Shown here: in pieces, positions 51,432-61,309 of the stretch
Layout of the letters: every line of letters begins with the position of its first letter
How positions within the stretch are numbered: position 1 is the stretch's first letter
Assembly: GCF_964204645.1 (NCBI RefSeq)
Contig: NC_134030.1
Location: 1,471,355-1,535,354, forward strand
DNA length: 64,000 nt
DNA from: Tubulanus polymorphus
Taxonomy: Eukaryota > Animalia > Nemertea
Direction: 5' to 3'
Position numbers and translations under genes: made by a program
Notes under the pieces: generated by a model
The model's input: only the letters and a program-made list of their open reading frames with translations
The model's database searches: none
What the model was told of the DNA's origin: nothing

Positions 51432-51889
51432 GTGCCTTGAACGCATGAGTCGTTCATGCGCGCCTAATATGCCTTCACTGAAAAAAAATCAACTATAACA
51501 TGTACACATATTTTTTGATTTAATTTTAGTCCAATTCCACAATTATTTCGGCTTACAATAGTGTCTTCAATTCTTTAAAGCCCAAAGCACCTTTTTGACT
51601 CAACATCCAGTATGAAGGTGGCCGGGAATCGGGCCTGTTTTCTTCCATTTTTGTATCCCGCCCAGCATACTGGTTGTTGACTCGAAAAGGTGCTCGCTCT
51701 GGGAGCTTATCAAAGGCAGGTGATGGGAAAGGTGCCATCACACACTCTCCTTTGATAAGTTTCCTAGAGTGTCACGGGCTTTAACGGGTTGAATTCACTA
51801 TAATACCAATTTTCCAAAATCAATTTAATTTCTTTCAGGCCATTCTTTTTCCATGTTTTTCTGGTACATGTTATGGTTGATTTCCATTT

Positions 51890-52030
51890 TCGAAAATCCG
51901 GAATTGAAGCCGTTCGAAGTCGGGGGGATGGTGGTGGGGTTGGGTTAGTTTAGGGTTCCTCTCTGATTACCTTCTTTAGCTCATCATCCGTGCAGGTGGC
52001 GCTTGCTCTTCTAGCCGGTGTTCCCTGGGG
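51890..52030 (-). pseudogene. Strongly diverged inverted fragment of exon 9
   Basis: Reverse complement contains gagcaagcgccacctgcacggatgatgagctaaagaaggtaatcag and caattccggattt, resembling 51115-51165 and 51377-51389. Confidence 0.45.
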
Positions 52031-52084
52031 TAAACATTTTAAATTTAAAAAATCAAAAATAAAAAAAAAATTATAAAATCTTTA

Positions 52085-52540
52085 AAAATCTCATCTCATT
52101 TCATCCAATTTATTTATTTGCGGGTGCGATGCCTATCGCACCCATTCATGTCATTCATCCAAAAAAAAATAAAAAACTAAAAACGAAAAAAAAATATTAA
52201 AATTAAAAAATCTCATCTCATTTCATCCAATTTATTTATTTGCGGGTGCGATCCCTATCGCACCCATTCATGTCATTCATCAAAAAAAAATTAAAACTAA
52301 AAACGAAAAAAAATATAAAAATTTAAAAAATCTCATCTCATTTCATCCAATTTATTTATTTGCGGGTGCGATTCCTATCGCACCCATTCATGTCATTCAT
52401 CCAAAAAAAAATAAAAAACTAAAAACGAAAAAAAAATATTAAAATTAAAAAATCTCATCTCATTTCATCCAATTTATTTATTTGCGGGTGCGATTCCTAT
52501 CGCACCCATTCATGTCATTCATCCAAAAAAAATTTAAAAA
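52085..52540. repeat. Tandem repeat of about 120 bp (4 copies), each with a GC hairpin
   Basis: gggtgcgat-nnnn-atcgcaccc in every unit. Confidence 0.92.
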
Positions 52541-52794
52541 CTAGAAATTAAAGTTCTAAGTTTGTTGTTAGATTCTATTCAAAGAACGTTGTAAAGTTCT
52601 TAATTTGTCGTAAAAAACGTTAGAAAAAAAGAACTTCTTAAAGTTCTCAATCTGCCGTAAAATGCAATTGAAAAGATTATAACTCACATGAAAATTAAAA
52701 AGATAAAATAATTGATAAATAATCATTAATAAGAATTGAACTTTGGTCTCGCAATGTTTCCCCGTTATGCATTTTTTACTCGTCGTCAAACATC

Positions 52795-53390
52795 GGCAGC
52801 TCATCGTCGATACTCGCAGCTCGATACACACCAGCAGCTCGTCGTCGATACACACCAGCAGCTCGATACACACCAGCAGCTTGTCGTCGATACTCACCAG
52901 CAGCTCGATTCACACCAGCAGTTCGTCGTCGATACACACCAGCAGTTCGTCGTCGATACACACCAGCAGCTCGTCGTCGATACACACCAGCAGTTCGTCG
53001 TCGATACACACCAGCAGCTCGATACACACCAGCAGTTCGTCATCTATACACACCAGCAGTTCGTCGTTGATACACACCAGCAGTTTGTCGTCGATACACA
53101 CCAGCAGTTCGTCGTCGATACACACCAGCAGTTGGATACACACCAGCAGCTCGATACTCAGCAGCAGTTTGATACACACCAGCAGCTCGTCGATACACAC
53201 CAGCAGTTCGTCGTCGATACACACCAGAAGCTCGATACACACCAGCAGCTCGTCGTCGATACACACCAGCAGCTCGATACTCACAGCTCGATACACACCA
53301 GCAGCTCGTCGATACACACCAGCAGCTCGATACTCACCAGCAGCTCGATACACACCAGCAGCTCGTCGTCGATACACACCAGCAGCTTGA
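52795..53390. repeat. 18/21/24-bp minisatellite
   Basis: gatacacaccagcagctc(gtc)n; explains the ORFs in five frames. Confidence 0.95.
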
Positions 53391-54364
53391 TACCAAAACA
53401 GCTTTTAGCTGGTGAAAACCTACCCCCCATCGGGGTTAAACATGATCAAGCTATTATTCTAGGAATATAACTGTTGCAAGGGAAGTTAAGATTCATTATA
53501 TCCTAAACTTGATACAAAGAGATTATTGCTAATCATGAATTTCAAGGGTTTAAAAACTGATTTAAAAATCTTGAAAGACGCTCGGTCTCACTAGAGATTT
53601 TCATCTTAAAGATTTATTGTCCTCTTACTATTGTTTAGGTGATCTATAATTTGGTAAATGCTGCTGTTGGAAAGATGCCAGAAGAAAGTTGATTCGTGCA
53701 CATCTTCACTTCACGTATTTATTGCACAAGGCGCCGACTTGCACCTGCACTACACCATTCACACTTCACCACTTCTGCATCTTTATCAATTAATTCTGGC
53801 ATCTATTTGAAAATTACTTTAAACATCAGATCTCAAACTGAAACATTGAGGTATTGAATTTCAAACTGAAATATCGAGCTATCGAATCTCGATCTCAAAT
53901 GTTTACTGGAAGCCATATTTGATGTTGTATTATTCATCATAAATTGTTTAGTGTTTTCTGGCATATGCGGGCCATTTAAGATGGTCAGATAAATTCCCCG
54001 GTGGAAAATATATCTCGTGGAAGAGTCATGGAAATGAAAAATATCTTATGTAGATGTGAAGTTAGGAACCTTGCAACAGTTATTCCACCTGAGGATAATT
54101 TGATATAAGATGAATCAGTTATTGGATCATTTAACTGAAGCCAAATATAGTGAAAAATCTTAGTAAAAATTTGTCTCAAACTACAATTGAAAGGACTTAT
54201 CACAGTTCTAATTCGACTCTAGGTGCGTTCAGAAGAACTTCTTAACAGTGAAAAAACTTGACTAAAAATCAGGAATCGACCCTGTTCATTGATAAGATTT
54301 GATCTTTATTTGAAGATTAAGAATCAAACTCGCTAATTCACAATTTTTGGTAGTAAATACTGTT

Positions 54365-54572
54365 GATCCATCATATTCGCAGCCCCCCGTGGGCTTACCA
54401 ATCCATCATACGTGCAGCCACCTTGCGCTTACCAGTCTATCATACTCGCAGCCCCAGTGGGCTTTTCGATCCATCATACGTGCAGCCCCCGTGGGCTTAC
54501 CAGTCCATCATACTCGCAGCCCCAGTGGGCTTATCAATCCATCATACGCGCAGCCCCCTTGGGCTTATCAAT
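54365..54572. repeat. Tandem repeat of about 35 bp (about 6 copies)
   Basis: atccatcatacgtgcagcccccgtgggcttacca. Confidence 0.85.
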
Positions 54573-55434
54573 GAGAAACATTCAGACATAGTAACCGTTT
54601 TACTCGTGCTTTTCAACGACACCGTCTTATCACTCTGTAGAACGGCGATCGCAGCGTGAAATTTGTAATCGTATTTCTCCGCTGAATTTGAATATTTGAT
54701 ACGCGACGCGCGTGATTGAAGCTTTGTTTATGTTCGTGCTTGCCGCGATGAATTGTCATAAATATATCCTCCGTACAGGAGGACCATGAAAAGGTTTGAA
54801 GGGATCCCTAGTTAGCGCTTGTCCAGGTTTGGCTCTGGACCCGCTTGTTCGACTAGGCATCTTGTTGGAAATTTTGTCGACTGAAACTTCCGTAACTTTC
54901 GTTTTAGACCTCGCTGCTCGAAGAGCCGTTGCTGCGTCGGTTACTGTCATGCTTCGGCACAATTTTGAACGATTGTTGGAAACCGCCTTGTTCTTCTGCT
55001 GCAGATGTTGACTGTGTCGTACCCACAGTAAAGTAGCCATCTTAAATTCAAATAGTTTCGGACATTTGAGGTCCTCATCAACTCCGAGTCTTCATTCAAC
55101 TGCAGTTACTGCCATTTGCCAGTGTCTGATGTAGAAGTTCTGACTTGACATTTTGATTTTCAGAATTAAAACCTTTTTTCTATTAAAGAAATTAGATATT
55201 GGTTAAAAAACAAGTGAATAATTGTTTGTAAGAAAAAAGAAAATCATGTTAGAAAAAAATATAGATGTAAAAAAATATAGATGTAAGAAAAAAAAAGTAT
55301 ATTGTAAATCGACGAGACGACAGAACCAGCATCAGCAACAACAACATCAGAGGAAGCAGTAACCAGTTATTTATCAGCTCCATAAATTACTGAAACGAAA
55401 TCCACAACTCGGATACCAACCACACTCAACTCTA

Positions 55435-57085
55435 GAATTGTTCATACAACTGTCAACATGGAGTTCATCTCACAAGCAAATTAGGTAATTATCTTATGAA
55501 ATTGTATGAATTGCCAATTTAACATTTTTGCATTTCAAGTAGGTGTAATTGAATGTTTGTCAACCTTACTCTTATAAAACTGTGTTAACCGTTGAACAGG
55601 ATTCTAAGACTGTGCAGAAAACCCGTTATCGCTGCTTTGCAGCTATAATTATCTGATAAATTAGTATGGAATGCCAATTTTACATTTTTGCATTTAAGTT
55701 TAAGTGAGTTTAAAATCACGTTTCATTTGTTGTTTATTTTGTCTTTTCAGTTTTCAATTTGCCGAGATCAGTCGTCAAAAACTGTTACAACGGAAACTAA
55801 GATAACAAAGACTTGATTTGGCAAAGATTGAAGAAATCCTGCGAAAAGATTATTCATGAATTGTTCATACAACTGTCAACATGGAGTTCATCTCACAAGC
55901 AAATTAGGTAATTATCTTATGATTTTGTATGAAATGCTAATTTTTACTCGTTAATTTTTTACAAATAAGTTGACTTTGAAATCTTTATTAATTTCTTGTT
56001 TATTTTGTTTTTTCAGTTTTCAATTTGCCGAGATCAGTCATCAAAAACTGTTACAACGGAAACTAAGATAACAAAGACTTGATTTGGCAAAGATTGAAGA
56101 AATCCTGCGAAAAGCTTATTCATGAATTGTTCATACAACTGTCAACATGGAGTTCATCTCACAAGCAAATTAGGTAGTTATCTTAGGATTTTGTATGAAA
56201 TGCTAATTTTTACTCGTTAATTTTTTACAAATAAGTTGACTTTGAAATCTTTATTAATTTCTTGTTTATTTTGTTTTTTCAGTTTTCAATTTGCCGAGAT
56301 CAGTCATAAAAAAACTGTTACAACGGAAACTAAGATAACAAAGACTTGATTTGGCAAAGATTGAAGAAATCCTGCGAAGAGATTATTCAAGAATTGTTCA
56401 TACAACTGTCAACATGGAGTTCATCTCACAAGCAAATTAGGTAATTATCTTATGGTTTTGTATGAAATGCTAATTTTACATTTTTGCATTTAAGTTTAAA
56501 TGAGTTTAAAATCACGTTTCATTTGCTGTTTATTTTGTCTTTTCAGTTTTCAATTTGCCGAGATCAATCGTCAGAAAACTGTTTCAACGGAAACTAAGAT
56601 AACAAAGACTTGATTTGGCAAAGATTGAAGAAATCCTGAGAAGAGATTATTCATGAATCATATAACTGTCAACATGGAGTTCATCTCACGAGCAAATTAG
56701 GTAATTATCTTATGATTTGTATGAAATGCTAATTTTTACATTTAAGTTTAAATGAGTTTAAAATCACGTTTCATTTGTTGTTTATTTTGTCTTTTCAGTT
56801 TTCAATTTGCCGAGATCAGTCGTCAGAAAACTGTTACAATGGAAACTAAGATAACAAAGACTTGATTTCGGCAAAGATTGAAGAAATCCTGAGAAGAGAT
56901 TATTCATGAATTGTTCATACAACTGTCAACATGGAGTTCATCTCACAAGCAAATTAGGTAATTATCTTATGATTTTGTATGAAATGCTAAATTTTACTCG
57001 TTATTTTTTTAACTAATAAGTTGACTTTGAAATCTTTATTTATTTCTTGTTTATTTTGTCTTTTCAGTTTTGAATTTGCCGAGAT
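55435..57085 (+). repeat. Tandem array of about 265 bp of exon+intron-like units (about 6 copies)
   Basis: ttttcag then ttttcaatttgccgagatc...gcaaattag then gtaatt; units start at about 55751, 56016, 56283, 56547, 56799 and 57068. Confidence 0.9.
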
Positions 57086-57109
57086 TCACATGTAGCAGAT
57101 ATAATGGAA

Positions 57110-57510
57110 TTAAGTATTGAGAACCGCAACTTAACAATAAACCGGATCAACTTAATATAGTGCTGAGGACCAAAAATAAAGGATAAACCCGACCAGTGTA
57201 ATTCAGTGTCGAGAACCGCAGTTAAACGATGAACCCGACCAGTGTAATTCAGTGTCGAGAACCGCAGTTAAACGATGAACCCGACCAGTGTAATTCAGTG
57301 TCCAGAGCCGCAGTTAAACAATGAACCGGACCAGTGTAATTCAGTGTCGAGAACCGCAATTAAACGATGAACCGGACCAGTGTAATTAAGTGTCGAGAAC
57401 CACAATTAAACGATAAACCGGACCAGTGTAATTCAGTGTCGAGAACCGTAATTAAACGATGAACCGGCCCAGTGTAATTCAGTTTCGCAATAACCGCAAT
57501 AAAACGATAA
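57110..57510. repeat. 46-bp tandem repeat (about 8 copies)
   Basis: gaccagtgtaattcagtgtcgagaaccgcagttaaacgatgaacc. Confidence 0.92.
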
Positions 57511-57679
57511 TCTGGAGTTGTAATAGTGTTGTGTATTTGCGTAGTGGATCAAGTGGAAGGATTTTAAGTGTATTTGGTGACTTTAATTCGTTCGCATCCA
57601 ACAGAATCAACAAAGACATTACAAAAAACGACAAAAAATGATTGAATGTAAATGCATTGAATTTAGGTTTGATGATCAA

Positions 57680-58650
57680 GATAATCACTGATCAAGATTG
57701 ACAGTTATAATCCATAATTGTTGAACTTGATCAGAGATTTTCAAGATCGATTTTAAGGTGATTCAGAAGTTTAAATCTGATGTTTTAATCTCTGGGACTC
57801 AGATATTAAATCAATAGATTTTTACTGCTGAATGATCTTCATGTACAGATGAGCTACAATTGTTCCTAGTGTGTTCTGTTAAGACTGATTAAAGGGTGGA
57901 AAAACTTGACTCAAATTCAAATTGAGTCGAGTTTTTCCAAGATAATCTCTGATCAAGATCAGCAGTTACCGGTATAATCCATAATTGTTGAACTTGATTG
58001 GTGATTTTCAAGATCTGTTTTAAGGTGATTCACAAGTTTAAATCTGATGTTTAAATCTCTGGGTTCCAGATATTAAATCAATAGATTTTTACTGCTGAAT
58101 GACCTTCGTGTTCAGATAAGCTACAATTGTTCCTAGTGTGTTCTGTTAAGGAAGGGTGGAAAAACTTGACCCAAATTCAAATTGAGTCGAGTTTTTCCAA
58201 GATAATCTCTGATCAAGATCGGCAGTTATAATCCATAATTGTTGAACTTGATTGGAGATTTTCGAGAACTGTTTTTAAGGTGATTCAGAAGTGTGAATCT
58301 GATGTTTTAATCTCTGGGTTTCAGAGATTAAATCAATAGGTTTTAACTTCTGAATCACTTCGGGTTTAGGTAAGTTAAAGTGTTTCCTATTGTAATCTGT
58401 TAAACTGATTAAAGGGTGGAAAAACTTGATTCAAATTAATAATCTGAATCAAGTTTTCCAATGATAATCCGCGATCAAGTTCGGCAGTTATAATTCATAA
58501 CTGTTGAACTCAATTCACAATTAAATGAACTTTTTTAAGGTGATTCAGAAGTATAAATCTGATGTTTTAATCTCTGGGTTTCAGAGATTAAATCAATAGG
58601 CTTTACTTCTGAATCACTGTTAGGTTTTGATAAGTTGTAAGTTGTTCCTA
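57680..58650. repeat. Tandem repeat of about 260 bp (about 3.7 copies)
   Basis: gataatc..tgatcaag..cagttataatccataattgttgaacttg at about 57680, 57941, 58201 and 58463. Confidence 0.9.
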
Positions 58651-59344
58651 TTGTTTAATGAATTGGTAGAAATTCTATTTTTAGGTGACAGGTCAAATAG
58701 ATTAGAACAGTAATTTATGCAGAGGTTGAATTAATTTAATGTTTGATATACCAAAGAATGGTTTATTGTGAAGATTTAATTAAAATCTTAAATAAAGAGT
58801 TGTTCAATTTCATAAATGTTTTGTTTTCGATGAAGTTTTTTCATTTTCTGGATTTGAGGAATTTGACTTTAAACACATCGGTGGATTCAGCACAGTTCTG
58901 TGGACACAGTTTTTGGACCGAGACACAGCTCAAGACCCAGTTACAAGTTCAACTGGACTCCATCCCAAAAAACCCTGGGCCCTTCAAACCTTTAAGTAAG
59001 ATGCTCACTTACAGATTCATAAAATTGACCCTTATTATCTTGTCATCTGCAGAACCATCTCAAGAGGCTTAAACCAAGAATTTCTTGTAATGTTCAACAA
59101 ATGTGAATTACATTAAGTAATTTTTGAGATCGACTTATTACCACCAGTATTGAGTTTTTTCTAAATCACAGTCTACTTATTTTATATTCATCCACGATTT
59201 CATAGCTCTTTAACTATTCAACCCTTTCCCTGATGGGCCCTGGCCCCAATTGCTGAACCCAGTTCTCCAAGTCTAACGTCTGGGTTTAATGGTTTATCAG
59301 AGAATTAATGGATTAATTGGAAATAATCTAACAATCAATAAAGT

Positions 59345-61309
59345 TGTTCTTTTTTGATACGGGCTAGAAGTTGAGGGGCCCGCGCCCCGGGTTTTCTTTA
59401 AAGCTTTTGGCATTATCTAGAAAAACAAGTAAAAATATTAAATCATTTGAAAATATATTAGTCAGTCTTATTCTGGTTCAGTGAACTAATTCTCTATATG
59501 GTGCATTTAGGGGTCCAGGGACACCACATCCACTAATTCTCTATATGGTGCATGTAGGGGTCCAGGGACACCACATCCACTAATTCTCTATATGATGCAT
59601 GTAGGGGTCCAGGGACACCACATCCACTAATTCTCTATATGGTGCGTGTAGGGGTCCAGGAACACCACATCCACTAATTCTCTATACGATGCATGTAGGG
59701 GTCCAGGGACACCACATCCACTAATTCTCTATACGGTGCATGTAGGGGTCCAGGGACACCACATCCACTCATTCTCTATACGATGCATGTAGGGGTCCAG
59801 GGACACCACATCCACTAATTCTCTATATGGTGCATGTAGGGGTCCAGGGACACCACATCCACTAATTCTCTATATGGTGCATGTAGGGGTCCAGGGACAC
59901 CACATCCACTAATTCTCTATATGGTGCATGTAGGGGTCCAGGGACACCACATCCACTAATTCTCTATATGGTGCATGTAGGGGTCCAGGGACACCACATC
60001 CACTAATTCTCTATATGATGCGTGTAGGGGTCCAGGGACACCACATCCACTAATTCTCTATATGGTGCGTGTAGGGGTCCAGGGACACCACATCCACTAA
60101 TTCTCTATATGGTGCGTGTAGGGGTCCAGGGACACCACATCCACTAATTCTCTATATGGTGCATGTAGGGGTCCAGGGACACCACATCCTCTATTCTGTT
60201 TGGGGCATGGAGATTGCCCAGATTGCCTCTGCTAACAACAGACACCCATTCAACATTTCTCTTTGTGGTACTTTCTTCTTCCTCTTTTCTCTCATTTTAC
60301 AAATTGATATTCAACTATGACCTTTTTCATTTTGATATGATGTTTATCTTTACATCATGGTTGCTGGAGATTGTACAAGGAATGACACAAGAAATAATAT
60401 CCTTAGTTTTAAACTCACAGCTGTTTGCAATTCTTTCATTTAAGCACAGGTTCAATTGAAACGATGCATTCCTATACATATACGCAATCATATCTTTTTT
60501 CGAGTCATCATTCTCAGGGAAATTTGATCTCCACTCAGGTACAGTCTACTGGCTTGCCAGTTATCCTTTAACTTTTTTACAAAATTATCTTTTCAAAATG
60601 AATTACCATGAAAGCAGTAAATTTGAACTTGCCTTATCATAAGGGCTTTTTCTTTTACTCTTTGTTTTAGCTTTAGGTATCTTTGATTTGCTGGTGGTTT
60701 TAACATGCATGTTGAGGGAGCTCTATCAATCCAGGAACAGTCAGCTCACAAGCAGCCCCTGCCCCAAAAGGTTTTGACATTATATTTTCAAAAGCTCTAG
60801 TTGTTCTGTAGAACCGAGAGCGGAGCTCTGACTTGTTCCCCTCACTGCTGAGGTCTACTTTCTCTGATTCGCTGATTGGCTTCTCTTTGGTACATTTTAG
60901 ATGATCAAAAACTAGAAACTGTCATGCGTTTATTCATTTTGGTATATGTTAAAATTCTTTTACAATAATGGCATATTAGGCACATCAAAACAAATCCGGA
61001 ATTGTCCCCGAACGAAGTGGCTCCCTCCACTCTCCATCAGTATGCCGGGCCACCACCTCTACCTCTCGGGCCACTCGATCACTCGCCAGCTTTTTGACGA
61101 GTGACCGCCCAAGATACGGATGGAGGAGCAGGAGGAGCAGGACCCGCACCATCTCCAGCCCCACCACCATCCCTCCTCGGCCGCTTCCTATTTATCCCCT
61201 CCCCTTCCTCCCGATTACCTTCGTCAGCCGCACCATCCGCCGGGACCACTCTTGCTCCTCCTCCCTGCAGAGCCACGACGACCGCAACTGGTACTTTTCG
61301 GTTTCTCAT
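59345..61309 (-). pseudogene. Convergent paralog fragments: exon 9 copy, degenerate exon 1, satellite, exon 1 fused to start of exon 2
   Basis: 61309-60985 frameshifted exon 9; about 60680-60620 degenerate PKAK..SPYDK; 59413 MPKALKKTRGAGPSTSSPYQKRT. Confidence 0.85.
59485..60189. repeat. 47-bp satellite array 5 (15 copies)
   Basis: Same unit. Confidence 0.97.

Noticed and set aside
52736-53470. 244-aa and 215-aa ORFs (DTHQQ / SSIHT repeats)
   Set aside because: Open in five frames only because the minisatellite units are multiples of 3 and lack stops; no splice context found
53560-55040. Possible LINE fragment (KSLVRP-like) and a 94-aa ORF on -
   Set aside because: One short motif with no RT core; the ORF has no recognisable domain or splice partners
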